DNA of 60,218 bases from Verrucomicrobiota bacterium (lineage in GTDB: Bacteria > Verrucomicrobiota > Verrucomicrobiia > Limisphaerales > UBA9464): positions 1 to 60,218 of the forward strand of contig JANYDN010000371.1 in NCBI GenBank assembly GCA_025363585.1. The letters run 5' to 3'. This document shows positions 41,277 through 52,168 of the stretch, one piece after another. Position numbers and translations under genes: made by a program. The notes under the pieces were generated by a model. That model saw only the letters and a program-made list of their open reading frames with translations, did not search any database and had not been told where the DNA came from. How positions within the stretch are numbered: position 1 is the stretch's first letter; each line of letters starts with the position of its first letter.

Positions 41277-42239
41277 TCAATTCCCGGACGCCACCAGACG
41301 CACGACCTCTGCAATCCCTGCACTCGGACGGAAGCCGACCAACCGTTCCAGCTTCCGGACGTCCGGGCGGCGGCGCGGCATGTCTTGAAACCCGGGTCGG
41401 TACGCAAGCTGGTACGGCACCCGTTCAATCTCTGCGGCGGTTCCCACCGTGCGTTTCACCAACTCGGCGAGCGCCAGCATCGTCACCTCGTCGTCGTGAC
41501 CGATATTGATCACTTCCCCGCGCGCGGCGTCGCATGCACGGATCCGGACCAGCGACTCGACGCAATCGCGGACATGGCAAAAACAACGGGTTTGGCTCCC
41601 GTCTCCAAACACCCGGATGGGACCGCCCCGCCGTGCCGCCTCCAAAAAACGAGGTAGCACCATTCCGTATTGCCCGGTTTGCCGAGCACCGACGATGTTG
41701 AACAACCGCGCGACCGTGACGGGGACCCCTCTCTCGCGGAAAAACGCCAATGCCAGGAATTCGTCGAGCAACTTGCTGCACGCATAGCTCCACCGACTCA
41801 GCGACGGGGATCCGATCACCAGATCGTCTTCCTCGGCAAACCATGGCTTGTCGCTACGACCATAGACTTCGGACGTCGAGGTGATCAGGACGGGAGTCTT
41901 CCGCAACTCGGCAGCCGCAAGCACGACCTCCGTCTCGCGTAGGTTCGTCTGGATCGTCCGGATCGGCGCATCCAGGACCAACTCGACGCCGACCGCAGCG
42001 GCAAGATGGAAGACATACGAGGCTTCGGCGACCAACGCGGCAAAACCCGCACAGCCCGACACGGTCGCCTCGATGATGCGCAATCGTGGGTGGTCCGCGA
42101 CGTCTGCAAGGTTGGAACGACGGCCCGTCGAGAAATCGTCGACGACGACGACCGATTCGCCGTCGGCGAGCAATCGTTCGACCAAATGCGAACCGATGAA
42201 ACCGGCACCGCCGGTCACCACGACAGGTCCTTGCTGCAC
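41277..42239 (-). CDS. NAD-dependent nucleotide-sugar epimerase/dehydratase
   Basis: TGGAGFIGSH, STSEVYG and YACSK motifs. Confidence 0.92.
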   Translation of the reverse strand: MQQGPVVVTGGAGFIGSHLVERLLADGESVVVVDDFSTGRRSNLADVADHPRLRIIEATVSGCAGFAALVAEASYVFHLAAAVGVELVLDAPIRTIQTNLRETEVVLAAAELRKTPVLITSTSEVYGRSDKPWFAEEDDLVIGSPSLSRWSYACSKLLDEFLALAFFRERGVPVTVARLFNIVGARQTGQYGMVLPRFLEAARRGGPIRVFGDGSQTRCFCHVRDCVESLVRIRACDAARGEVINIGHDDEVTMLALAELVKRTVGTAAEIERVPYQLAYRPGFQDMPRRRPDVRKLERLVGFRPSAGIAEVVRLVASGN

Positions 42240-42328
42240 GGGGCAAGGATGCCCGGTCCCTCCTGCGGCACCACAACGGAATCAACGCGGCATGACCGCG
42301 ACCCGATTGCCCGGTGCACCGTCACGAA

Positions 42329-43495
42329 TCACCGGAAGGCCGCGGCGACGCCTTCTGCCAACCGTTGCCGAAATTCCGGATTTTGGATGCGTCGCGCTTC
42401 GTCTGGATTGGAAAGATAACCGCCTTCCACCAGGACCGCCGGACGGTTCTGCCAACGGAGCACGTCCATGAAACGCGCGTGCCGGACCCCGCGATCCTCG
42501 ATTCCCGACGAGGCGATCACGTCGCGGTGGATCTCCACGGCGAGACGAAGGTTCGCGGCATCGTGGGCATTGTTCGGGAACACGCGTCCGACGTCGTCGG
42601 GAAACTCGCGCACGACATGCGAGGCCATTCCGTGCGGTGTCAGGCAATAAGTCTCCAGACCTGCCGCGTGCTGGCTCGGAAACGACGAGTTGAAATGCAG
42701 GCTGAGGAACACCTCCGCCCCGGTCGCTTCCGCGATGTCCACCCGCTCCGCCAGCGTCAGGTCGACATCGTTGGTGCGCGTCAGCGTCACTTTCCATCCG
42801 CGCGACTCCAGGAGTCCCCGAAGACGGAACGCCCAATCGAGCGTGAAATCCTTTTCGAACTGGTTGCCAAGGATGCTCCGCGTTCCGGGCTGCCGGCCGC
42901 CATGGCCCGGATCGATCACGATCGTCCGCACTTCGGGTCGCCATGGTCCCCCAACGACCAGCGGCGCGAGGTGCGCCTCGATGTCCAGCGGATGCATCCA
43001 CAGTTTGCCCGCGACCATCCTGGGCTCGAATCCAAGCAACATCTTGCGCCCGTTCCACTCCGCGTCCTTTTGCCCAACCAGTACGGAAAGCCGTCCCGAA
43101 GGGCCTTCGGATTCATAGTGAAGCTCGCGTCCCCGCGCGACCGGGTGCGGGGTGGACCATCCCTGGTCGCGAAGCCACGCCGAGACATCGTTGGTTAGGG
43201 CCGTCACGCCGGGGAGATGGAGGGCGGCCCCCGATACGGCGGGGGGCGGTACGATGGGAAGCGGCACGGCGGGAAGCACCGGCACAACGACGGGTTCGGG
43301 AATTGCAGCCACTTCGGCGACGACCGGCGCGGGAACGCGAGCACCGGATGGCGCGGCGGAAATCCGATTCGTCGGCTGGTTGATGACGATCCCGCTGGGG
43401 GGGATCACCGGGCCGGTGGGACGATCGGAAGCGCATCCGCACGCCAGGAAAAACGCGACGAGTATCGTCCCCGAAAGCCAAGCCGCTGGAAACAT
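42329..43495 (-). CDS. N-acetylmuramoyl-L-alanine amidase (Amidase_3), possible lipoprotein
   Basis: IDPGHGG, EK, SLHFN and VLVEGGYLSN motifs; LACGC lipobox-like. Confidence 0.92.
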   Translation of the reverse strand: MFPAAWLSGTILVAFFLACGCASDRPTGPVIPPSGIVINQPTNRISAAPSGARVPAPVVAEVAAIPEPVVVPVLPAVPLPIVPPPAVSGAALHLPGVTALTNDVSAWLRDQGWSTPHPVARGRELHYESEGPSGRLSVLVGQKDAEWNGRKMLLGFEPRMVAGKLWMHPLDIEAHLAPLVVGGPWRPEVRTIVIDPGHGGRQPGTRSILGNQFEKDFTLDWAFRLRGLLESRGWKVTLTRTNDVDLTLAERVDIAEATGAEVFLSLHFNSSFPSQHAAGLETYCLTPHGMASHVVREFPDDVGRVFPNNAHDAANLRLAVEIHRDVIASSGIEDRGVRHARFMDVLRWQNRPAVLVEGGYLSNPDEARRIQNPEFRQRLAEGVAAAFR

Positions 43496-43589
43496 TGGAT
43501 GGCCTCTACGCGCGACGCGACACCGAGACAAGCGGGAACGGGATTGCGGTCGAGAAATCGAACGGGGCCGCCGCGGCAAGGCGAAGAAT

Positions 43590-43994
43590 GGTTCCGGAAG
43601 AGCTGTAAGCCGAATTCTGTCTTCCCCGTCCGAAGACGGGGGAGAAGGTCATTTGTCTGAGCGACCGATACCCGGGATCGTCGTGACTTGCGCCACGAAT
43701 GGAACGGGCCGCTCCGCGATCCCCTATTTGGTCTTGCTCCCGGGAAGGTTTTCCATGCCCCGCCGTTTGCACGTCGGGCGGTGGGCTCTTACCCCGCCTT
43801 TTCACCCTTACCGGATTCCGCGAACGGAACCCGGCGGTTTGTTTTCTGTGGCACTGTCTGTGAACCCGCCCTTACGGACGGACTCCCCGCGTGTATCCCC
43901 GGCCTGACCGGGGTTACGCGGTCCCGCGCCCCACGGAGTTCGGACTTTCCTCCCGCGACCGAAGCCGCGAGCGACCTTCCGCCCTTCCGGAACC
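43590..43994 (-). ncRNA. rnpB: RNase P RNA (type A)
   Basis: GAGGAAAGTCCGAACTCC near the 5' end, ACAGAATTCGGCTTAC at the 3' end, terminal stem GGTTCCGGAAG/CTTCCGGAACC. Confidence 0.97.
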
Positions 43995-44090
43995 GCCCGG
44001 AAGTTAAGGACCCAAACCTTCGTTGCACAGCGGCAATTCCGCCGGCACGCCGATTGTCGTGCCCTCGCCGTCGCGCAATCCGCGCGCCGC

Positions 44091-45188
44091 TCAAGCGACG
44101 ACAAACGGCACTCCCACGATCCGCGCGCGCAATTCCGGCCTGCCCTCGACGGCCACCGTCAACTCGGTCCCAATCCGGAAGCACTCGCGTCGCACGTACG
44201 CCAGCGCGATGGCGCCGCCCGCGCGATCCGACCAAGCCACGCTCGTCAATTGGCCGACATCGCGGCCCTCATTGCGCACTTTGGCGCCGCGAACGGGGAG
44301 GTTTTCCGCGGTGCATTCCAGTCGCAAGCCGCGCAACGCCCGCGCGACTTGGCCGTACGTCCGAAGGCGCGCGAGGATTTCCTGACCAATATAGCAACCC
44401 TTGTCGAGACTCACCGCCCTACCCTCGATCCCGGCTTCGGGCGGCAGGTTCGATTCGTCCATGTCGGCACCGAACCGCGGAATCCCGGCCTCGATCCGCG
44501 CCAACTCGCAAGCCCGCCAACCCGCACCCCGTCCTCCGACTGCCTTGGCCGCCGTCACCAATCGGTCCAGGACCATTCCCAGCGCATCGGTCGGCACGAA
44601 CATCTCGAAACCCGGCAGCCCGACCCGCGGTTGGTTCACGAGATAGATGTCGCCCAGACCCGGGGGCGAGGCGGTCGCTAAACCCAGCAAACCGGTCGGT
44701 GATTCGACACCGAGCTCGAGCGCCGCCACGACTTCCGCCGCGCGGGGTCCCTGGACCGAGAGCAGTCCGTAATACGGCGCGGCATCCACCACTTGCACGT
44801 CGTCCGCGATGACGTGGTGCTCGAGTCTCTGGCGCAGCGCGGCGGAAACGCCGGGTTCCACGTCGAGCAACAATTCCTGCGGCAACGCGTACACGAATGC
44901 GTCGCATTGCATCCGCCCCTTGTTGCTCACCACCGCGGTGTAGCAGCCCTTCCCCTCGCGAAGCCCCTGGATGTCGTTGGTCACCTGCCCGTGCAACAGG
45001 CGCACACGATCCGCGCCCGTCAGGCAGGATCGCCCGCGAAAACCCAGATCGAACACCGCCGCCGATTCCCGCAGGCCCCGGTGCTCCGCCGCGGGGTCGC
45101 CGTAATGTTCGACCACCTCGGCTCCGTTGACCGTGGCAAACACCGCGCCGAGCGATGCATGCAGTTCGTGAAGCGACAGCGAATCCAT
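44091..45188 (-). CDS. ygfZ: Folate-binding YgfZ/GcvT-family protein
   Basis: KGCYIGQE signature; LHGQVTNDI. Confidence 0.9.
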   Translation of the reverse strand: MDSLSLHELHASLGAVFATVNGAEVVEHYGDPAAEHRGLRESAAVFDLGFRGRSCLTGADRVRLLHGQVTNDIQGLREGKGCYTAVVSNKGRMQCDAFVYALPQELLLDVEPGVSAALRQRLEHHVIADDVQVVDAAPYYGLLSVQGPRAAEVVAALELGVESPTGLLGLATASPPGLGDIYLVNQPRVGLPGFEMFVPTDALGMVLDRLVTAAKAVGGRGAGWRACELARIEAGIPRFGADMDESNLPPEAGIEGRAVSLDKGCYIGQEILARLRTYGQVARALRGLRLECTAENLPVRGAKVRNEGRDVGQLTSVAWSDRAGGAIALAYVRRECFRIGTELTVAVEGRPELRARIVGVPFVVA

Positions 45189-45329
45189 CGGTGGAACGTA
45201 TCGCCGCTTCCGACCGACGCCAACACGGGCCCTCGCCGATTCGCGGACGCGCGGGCCGACCGCCAACCACCGGTTGACTCCGCGCCGCCGCGGCTGGTTG
45301 CCTTGACGCCGCCAATACGCGGCATCGCC

Positions 45330-46265
45330 ATGGACCGAATCGAACCCACGAGTAGCGCCACGCGCCCGCCGCGCCGACCGATCCTTGCAATCGCGGTCCT
45401 TGTTCTCGCGCTCCTTGCCGACGCCGCGTGCCGGGTTCGGCCGGCCGTCGACGACCACGCCGCGTGGAAAGCCGCGCGCGCGGAATCCATTGGCGGGCCC
45501 GAAGGGTGGACCACTCTTGCGGGTCTTCATTGGCTTTCCGAAGGGACGCAAACCATCGGCAGCGGGCCGGCATGCGGCGTGAAGCTGCCGGTGGGAAGCG
45601 CGCCCGAAATCGTCGGAACGCTCGTCCGTTCCGGGACCCGCGTGCGATTCGAACCCGCCCCCGGCGTCGATGTCCGGCTTCGCGGCATTGCCGTGGGTGG
45701 AATCGATCTCAAATCCGACGCGCCCGGAAAACCGGACGAACTCGTGGTGGGACGCGTGCGCTTCTGGATGCTCGCGCGCGGGGAGCGACGCGCGATCCGC
45801 GTCCGGGATCCGGAGACGCCGGAGCGACGTGCATTCCATGGAATCCCGACGCACGCCCACGATGCGTGTTGGGTATTCCCGGCACGATGGGAACCGGCGG
45901 TGCCGCCACGTCAAATCCGCATCGCGGATGTCACCGGCGGCAGCGCCATGGAGAACGTGGCCGGGACCTTGGTCTTTGAAATCGAAGGACGAAGCATGCG
46001 GCTCGAGGCGCTCGAAGACCCCGAGACGCATGACTTGTGGGTGTTGTTCGGCGACACGACATCGGGCCGTACCACGTACGGTTCGGGAAGGTTTCTGCAT
46101 GTGCAGATGCCCGGGCAGGACGGACGGACGAAAATAGATTTCAACCGCGCCTACAACCCGCCTTGCGCTTTCACGCGGCACGCCACCTGTCCGCTGCCTC
46201 CGCGTGAAAACTGGTTGCCCATCGCCGTGAACGCGGGGGAACTCGCGCCGGCGGGCCACCCTTAG
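45330..46265 (+). CDS. DUF1684-family protein
   Basis: GWTTLAGLHWL, FGDTTSGRTTYGSGRFL and DFNRAYNPPCAFT..CPLPP. Confidence 0.9.
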   Translation: MDRIEPTSSATRPPRRPILAIAVLVLALLADAACRVRPAVDDHAAWKAARAESIGGPEGWTTLAGLHWLSEGTQTIGSGPACGVKLPVGSAPEIVGTLVRSGTRVRFEPAPGVDVRLRGIAVGGIDLKSDAPGKPDELVVGRVRFWMLARGERRAIRVRDPETPERRAFHGIPTHAHDACWVFPARWEPAVPPRQIRIADVTGGSAMENVAGTLVFEIEGRSMRLEALEDPETHDLWVLFGDTTSGRTTYGSGRFLHVQMPGQDGRTKIDFNRAYNPPCAFTRHATCPLPPRENWLPIAVNAGELAPAGHP

Positions 46266-46491
46266 CCGTATCCATGCAGTAGCGGCCGAGGAATTATCTC
46301 ACGCCAAGCCGGGCCAAGGCCATCCAAGGGGGAACCAAGGCCGGCCAAAGCGCCATGATGGTTGATTGGGAGGGCCTCATCGAATCCCACCGTTCGGTGA
46401 GAGGTTACCCTGACGGATTCGGCCCCCTTTGATCGCCTTGGTCCGCCTTGGCGTGAAATAATTCCTCTGCCGCGACGACATGCGTCCGGCT
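46264..46491. mobile_element. MITE/REPIN-like element with ~60-bp imperfect terminal inverted repeats (family B)
   Basis: Left arm 46264-46324 is the reverse complement of right arm 46431-46491 with scattered mismatches. Confidence 0.7.
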
Positions 46492-46497
46492 GAGGCC

Positions 46498-47012
46498 TCA
46501 CGGTCGCTGGCCCCGGAATCCCGCGATGCCGTGGAACGTGATGTAGTTGGCGTCATGCTGGCTGCGCGCCCCGCCTTCGTCATCGTCGCCCGCGGTCCGT
46601 GCCAACGGGATGAGATCAACCCCGTCGAATTGCCAATCGGCGTATTGGAACGCGTGGCGTCCGGGATCGTCGTGATGCAGCACCACGCGCCGGGATTCCC
46701 AATGGCGAAGGTCCGGGGAATGCAGCAACGACACTTTGTTTCGCGTGCGCTCGGCATCGCGCCGCGCGTCCGCGGGCAACACTTCGTTCGCAAGCGCCCA
46801 GTACGATCCGTCCCGCGGGTCGCGACATACCCGCCACCCGGAAGGATCGCGATCGAAGGCGAACCCAGGAAGACGCCGGTGGACGCGGGCGAATGGGCGA
46901 CGACGACACCGGGAGGGCGTTCGGCCGTGGCCAAAATCGGAAACGCCGCACCCAAAGCGAGGAGCCAACGTCCCAGACGCGCGACCGTGCGGAAGCGAAT
47001 ATCGCGGGGCAT
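46498..47012 (-). pseudogene. Internally deleted, frameshifted sialidase/BNR-like gene
   Basis: N-terminal PPGVVVAHSPASTGVFLGSPSIAILPGGGYVA joins out of frame to C-terminal SPDLRHW..AFQYADWQFDG..HDANYITFH. Confidence 0.75.
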
Positions 47013-47100
47013 TTGGGAACAGTGGTTGGTTTGGATCACGCCGACAAGCGGGGCAAAGGGACTCGCCAAGCGACAGGCCGTTGCGCACGGTCGCGGGCCA

Positions 47101-47847
47101 ATGCTGCCCGATTTGTCGCCATTCGAATGGGCGTTGGCACTGCTCGCCGCCATGGGCATCGGCATTTCCAAAAGCGGCTTGCCGGGCGTGAGTCTCCTCC
47201 ACGTCGTCATTTTCGCGCGGTTGTTCGGGGCGCGTGCATCGACCGGCGTGGTGTTGCCGATGTTGATCGCCGGGGACGTGGGCGCGGTGTTGTTGTTTAG
47301 GCGCCACGCGCAATGGCCCCACGTGTTCCGCACGTTGCCGCCGGCTCTGCTGGGCGTCGGGGTCGGATGGTGGTTGATGGGGAGTTATCCCGCCGCCCAT
47401 TGGAACCTCGTGATCGGCGCGATCGTTTTCGGGTTGGCGGTGCTGCAGATCCTGCGCAACTGGCGCCCCGGACTCTTCGACCGGTTCCCGCACACGCGCG
47501 GATTCGCATGGACCATCGGATTCGTCGCCGGCGTGGTGACAATGCTCGCCAACGCGGCGGGCCCGGTGATGGCTCTTTATCTGGTCGCGGTCGCGTTGCC
47601 GAAGGACGCGTTTGTCGGAACGGCCGCCTGGTTTTTCCTTTTGATCAACGTTTTCAAGGTGCCGTTCAGCGCCCAACTCGGGCTGATCAACGCGCCTTCC
47701 CTGGCGTTCAACGCGATTTTGGTTCCTGCGATCGCGATCGGATTGTTCGCGGGGAAAGCGCTGGTGGCACGGATACCGCAGCGGGCCTTCGACACGCTCG
47801 TGCTGGCGTTTGCCATCATCGCCGCGCTGAAACTAACGCTGTCTTGA
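47101..47847 (+). CDS. Sulfite exporter TauE/SafE-family protein
   Basis: GISKSGLPG, STGVVLPMLIAGD and TMLANAAGP; multiple TM segments. Confidence 0.88.
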   Translation: MLPDLSPFEWALALLAAMGIGISKSGLPGVSLLHVVIFARLFGARASTGVVLPMLIAGDVGAVLLFRRHAQWPHVFRTLPPALLGVGVGWWLMGSYPAAHWNLVIGAIVFGLAVLQILRNWRPGLFDRFPHTRGFAWTIGFVAGVVTMLANAAGPVMALYLVAVALPKDAFVGTAAWFFLLINVFKVPFSAQLGLINAPSLAFNAILVPAIAIGLFAGKALVARIPQRAFDTLVLAFAIIAALKLTLS

Positions 47848-47894
47848 AACCGCCATGCCCGGCCGCCGCATTTCGCGTCGTGCCGGTCGGAACA

Positions 47895-49151
47895 CTAGTT
47901 CCGGAACGCGTACAGCCCCTTCTCCGTGCGCAGGTAGACAGCGCCACCGACGAAAGTCGGCGTGCTCAATGTCGTCTCGTCGAGATCGTTTCGACCCAGC
48001 ACCTCGAGCGTGTCGCCCGCGCGCACGACCACGCAGTTGGCGCGGCCGCTGGTGAAGTACACCTTTCCGTCCCCGGCGACGGGCGAGACTTTGACGTCGG
48101 CCGAAAACAAGCGTTCCTGCCACTTGACCTCGCCGGTCGACGCGTCGATGCACGAAGCATTGCCGTCGTCGCGGATCGTGTAGACGCGTCCGCCGTAAAC
48201 AACGGGCGTCGGGCAATCGGGAGCGTAGCGGGTGATCGTCCACGCCCGGTCGCTTTCCGCGAGCTTGCCGCTCTTGCCCGAGGCCACCGCCACCATGTAC
48301 CCCCGGTTTTGGAATCCGGACGCCACGGCAACGACGCGTCCGTCGCCGGCGGCCGGACCGGCGATCGTGCGGCCATAGGGATGCGGCGCCTGGATGCCAC
48401 CCAGCGACCAAATGGCGGCGCCCGTCGACGGATCATACGCCGTCAATGCCTCGGCACCGGCCACGACAAGATCGGTCCGGTCCGCGCCGCGGACGAGCAA
48501 GGGGCTCGAATAGGAATCCTGGCCTTCCTCGCGCGCCCCGAGGGTCCGGTCGATTTTCCAGACATTGGTCCCCGTGGCCGCATCGAGCGCGATCACGTAG
48601 GACGGCCCTTGGTGCATCCACGGCACATAGAGTTTGCCACCCGACAACAAGGGCGACGAACCGAACCCATGGTTCGCGTGGTAGGCCCCGTATTCGCGGC
48701 CAAGCTCGCGGTGCCAGACGATTTTGCCGTCGGCGTCCAGACAAGCCACGTCGCCCGTCCCGAAAAGAACCCACGAATTCTTGCCGTCGGTCGACGGGGT
48801 GGGCGTCGCCATGTTGTGCAATTGATGGGACTTGGCCTGTCCCTTGGCGAGGGTCTGGTCCCAGATCACGCTTCCGTCCTTTTGCGAATAAGCGATCACG
48901 TGCATCGCCGTGTCCGGGGTTTGGGCGGTGATCCAGATGCGTCCGCCGGCCACGATGGGGGAAGAGGCACCGCGACCCGGCGGGACCGTCGTCCATGCCA
49001 AGCCATTGGTGCGGGACCAATGGACCGGCAGGTTGCGCTCGATGCTGACGCCGAGACCGTCGTTGCCCCGCCACCCCGTCCAATCGCCCCGTGCGATGCC
49101 GGCAGACGCGCCTGCGAGAAGCATCGCGCCCAATATTTTTCCGGTGCTCAT
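47895..49151 (-). CDS. PQQ-like beta-propeller protein
   Basis: DWTGWRG, GASSPIV and GFGSSPLL repeats. Confidence 0.9.
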   Translation of the reverse strand: MSTGKILGAMLLAGASAGIARGDWTGWRGNDGLGVSIERNLPVHWSRTNGLAWTTVPPGRGASSPIVAGGRIWITAQTPDTAMHVIAYSQKDGSVIWDQTLAKGQAKSHQLHNMATPTPSTDGKNSWVLFGTGDVACLDADGKIVWHRELGREYGAYHANHGFGSSPLLSGGKLYVPWMHQGPSYVIALDAATGTNVWKIDRTLGAREEGQDSYSSPLLVRGADRTDLVVAGAEALTAYDPSTGAAIWSLGGIQAPHPYGRTIAGPAAGDGRVVAVASGFQNRGYMVAVASGKSGKLAESDRAWTITRYAPDCPTPVVYGGRVYTIRDDGNASCIDASTGEVKWQERLFSADVKVSPVAGDGKVYFTSGRANCVVVRAGDTLEVLGRNDLDETTLSTPTFVGGAVYLRTEKGLYAFRN

Positions 49152-49176
49152 GGTGGCGATGCCGATCCCCGCGGTT

Positions 49177-51372
49177 TTAGGAGCCTGATTGCGGCCCGGG
49201 TCCGGCAGACGGGGGAGGAACGGCCCCGCCCGTACCGTAGGTTCCCTCGTCGGGAGTCAACGGCCGATGGTAATACGACGCGTAGTAATACGTCGTGTAG
49301 TAGTAGTACGGATTGTCGATGGGCACGCCGTTGACGATGAGTCCGATGATGGGCGCGCCGCGTTGCTGGACGGTGTTGATGCCCATCTTGGCGAAACGCA
49401 TCGACGTCTTGCCGGCGCGGACGACGAAGAACAAACCGTCGAGAAACGCCGCGATGGAGAAGGTGTCGTCGATCGCGGTGAGCGGCGGGCAATCGAAGAT
49501 GATGTAGTCGAACTGCCGCCGGAGTTCCATGACGAGGTCCTTGGTGGCGGCACCGATGAGCAACTCGGAAGGGTTGCTGGGCCGCGCGCCGGCGGACATG
49601 AGGGTCAGGTTCTTGATGGGCGTCTCGCGGAGCGCCTCGGCGATCCCGAGGGTGCCGTGCAGCACCTCGGCAAGGCCGCGTTCGAGCGGTTGTTCGAAAT
49701 AGCCGTGGATGTTGCCGCGACGAAGATCGGCGTCGACGAGGAGCGTCTTGTGTCCGGCGTTCGCGAGGGTGATCGCGAAGTTGGCGGTGAAGGTGGTCTT
49801 GCCGTCGCCGGGCACGGCGGACGTCACGGCGAGGAGCCGTTTGCTGGTACCTTCAGGGCTGAGCAGCAGCGCGGAACGAATGCCACGGAGCGACTCCGCG
49901 AACATCGTGTGCGCCTTCATGCGGTGCAGCAGCAGGTAGCCCTCCTTGTAGTGCTTCTTGTCCACCTCCGGCAACTGCCCGAGGATCGGCTCGCCCAATG
50001 CCTCCTCGATGCGTTCGGGATCGTCCAGACGATCGTCCAGCTTGTGGAGCAGGAGGAGAGCGCCCAGACCTAGGATGAACCCGATGCCGACCCCGGTGAG
50101 CACCATCTGCGGCCGGAACGGCCCCACGGCAACCGGATCGCCGCCGCCGGACTCGATCACGTTGAACTGCTCGTCCTCGACCGCGAGGCGCGAGGTCGAT
50201 GCCAAGGCGCGGTTCTGGCTCTCCAACTGTTCCTTCTCCCGCGCTTCCCTGATTTTCAGGCGTTCGTATTCCTGCTCGTTCAGGTTCTTCTCGAAGACCT
50301 CTTCCTCGAGCGTCTTGATCAGGGCGGGATAGGCTTCCTCGCGCTTCCGAAGTTGGCGGATCGTGGCCCGGCGCGTGTCGTCGGCCATGCGCAACGCCTC
50401 GTCGATCTCGATCTGTTTGAAGGCGATCTCGCGCGAGAGATCCACCATGGATGGATGGTTCGTGCGGAGAGTGTTGGTTTTCTCGGCGTACTGGGTGCGG
50501 AATCGAACCAAGTCGAACTTCAATTGGGGAAAGGCGGCAGTGCGTATTCCCTCCTCGTCCGGGTCGTCGGAGGTCCGATCGCGCGTGGGTCGCGTCCGGG
50601 GCGCGCGCTTGGGGTCGACGCTGCCGGCGGCGACTTCCTCGGCGGTGGCGGACTCGTAGAGGGTTCGTTCGGTCTGCAAGGCGAAGTACTCGCTCTTGGC
50701 CTTCTCCAGGCGCTCGCGGGAACGCGCGCCGGCATCGGCGACATTGGCGATGTTCCACTTGCGCGTGAACTGGTCGAGCTCGTCGCGGACATTCTCAAGC
50801 TGGCGTTCGCTGGCCAGGATCTCGCGGTGAAGCGACGCCTCGGCGCTGCTCTTGAGGTTCACCAGGACCTGTTTCTTGTAGTCGATGAACTCCTGGGCCC
50901 ACACGACCGCGAATTTCTGGCAGTAGTCGAAATTCGTGCCGCGCACCGTCAGGATGTACTGGCCGCCGCGCGCGGGCAGCGCGTCGTAGTCGGGACGTGC
51001 CATGCGGTTCGTGTTGCCGCCGCTTTCCTGGAGACGCTGCAGGACGCGGTTCACCACGGCCGCGCTTTTCATCATCGAGATCTGGGTCTCGACCACCCTC
51101 GAATCCTCCTCGATCTGCACGCCCTGCATGATTTGCATCATCTTGACCTTGGGCGGCACCGACAGCACCGAACGCGACTGGAACTGATCGGGCTTCGACC
51201 ACGCCTGCCAGAGCCCAAGGCCCAATCCTGCCGCGGAACACACCAGCAACAGGAGCCAGCGTTCCGCGAGGATTTTGAAATAGCGCCGGAAATGGAGGTA
51301 CAGGTTGATCCTGTCGACCATCGATGTGCCATACCCGGGCAGCGGCGTGTTGTACGACGAATAGGGTTTCAT
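49177..51372 (-). CDS. wzc: Polysaccharide co-polymerase / BY-kinase
   Basis: Two TMs, coiled coil, Walker A SAVPGDGKT, LLVDADLR, IIFDCPP and a C-terminal Tyr cluster YYYYTTYYYASYY. Confidence 0.93.
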   Translation of the reverse strand: MKPYSSYNTPLPGYGTSMVDRINLYLHFRRYFKILAERWLLLLVCSAAGLGLGLWQAWSKPDQFQSRSVLSVPPKVKMMQIMQGVQIEEDSRVVETQISMMKSAAVVNRVLQRLQESGGNTNRMARPDYDALPARGGQYILTVRGTNFDYCQKFAVVWAQEFIDYKKQVLVNLKSSAEASLHREILASERQLENVRDELDQFTRKWNIANVADAGARSRERLEKAKSEYFALQTERTLYESATAEEVAAGSVDPKRAPRTRPTRDRTSDDPDEEGIRTAAFPQLKFDLVRFRTQYAEKTNTLRTNHPSMVDLSREIAFKQIEIDEALRMADDTRRATIRQLRKREEAYPALIKTLEEEVFEKNLNEQEYERLKIREAREKEQLESQNRALASTSRLAVEDEQFNVIESGGGDPVAVGPFRPQMVLTGVGIGFILGLGALLLLHKLDDRLDDPERIEEALGEPILGQLPEVDKKHYKEGYLLLHRMKAHTMFAESLRGIRSALLLSPEGTSKRLLAVTSAVPGDGKTTFTANFAITLANAGHKTLLVDADLRRGNIHGYFEQPLERGLAEVLHGTLGIAEALRETPIKNLTLMSAGARPSNPSELLIGAATKDLVMELRRQFDYIIFDCPPLTAIDDTFSIAAFLDGLFFVVRAGKTSMRFAKMGINTVQQRGAPIIGLIVNGVPIDNPYYYYTTYYYASYYHRPLTPDEGTYGTGGAVPPPSAGPGPQSGS

Positions 51373-51384
51373 TGGGAACGTCGC

Positions 51385-52164
51385 TCAGAGACCGAGGATG
51401 AGTTTCCGCGGCACATGGATCCGGTCGCCTTCCTTCAATTCGAAGTCGGCCGAGCGATCGTTTTTGTTGAGCACTTTGTTGATGTCGACGATGTGGGTCT
51501 CGGGTTTGCCATCGGCGTCCACGCGAAACACCTTGATCTTGCTGAGGTTCGCATAGTCGTTTTTGGGATACGCGAGGATCACGTCCGAAAGCCAAAGCGG
51601 GGTTCCCTGGGTGACCGGATAATTTCCCATGAGTTCGCCGAAAATCTGGACCTTCGCCATGTTCGCCGCCAATCCGGGACCAGAGCCGTTCGGATTCGCG
51701 GGGTTGTACACGGAGTCGAGGTCGAGATTGAGGGTCGAATCGATGTAATATTCCGCGTCCAGCTTCTCCTTCAATTCCTTGCGCACGTCCGCGATGCGGC
51801 GTCCGGCGGCTTTCACCGTCACGTAGGTGGAATGGGCCCGGCTGACGTTGAAATGGGCCTCCCCCGAATCCGTGATGCTCACCCGCATCGCTTCGGCGCC
51901 GGAATTCGGATCCTGGGCGATGCGGTACCGGAACGTGTCGTGCGGCTTGAGTTCCCGCGTCTCGGCATCGACCACCCCGCCGAAGACGACGGGCGAGTTG
52001 GTCCCACCCGCGGGAGCATTGGTGCCCGTGATTGGCGGCGCGTTGGTCGCGACCCGGGTCGAGGGGGACACCTTGGGTGCGGGCTCTGCCGCCCCTCCGG
52101 ATCCCATGCCGGCAATGCCAAGCACGAACCCCAAGAGGGCGCCATGAACGATTCCACTGCGCAT
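51385..52164 (-). CDS. Polysaccharide export (Wza/SLBB-like) protein
   Basis: Poly_export-like LKPHDTF..VKAAGR; SLBB ANLSKIKVFR..DFELKEGDRIHVP. Confidence 0.8.
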   Translation of the reverse strand: MRSGIVHGALLGFVLGIAGMGSGGAAEPAPKVSPSTRVATNAPPITGTNAPAGGTNSPVVFGGVVDAETRELKPHDTFRYRIAQDPNSGAEAMRVSITDSGEAHFNVSRAHSTYVTVKAAGRRIADVRKELKEKLDAEYYIDSTLNLDLDSVYNPANPNGSGPGLAANMAKVQIFGELMGNYPVTQGTPLWLSDVILAYPKNDYANLSKIKVFRVDADGKPETHIVDINKVLNKNDRSADFELKEGDRIHVPRKLILGL

Positions 52165-52168
52165 ATGT

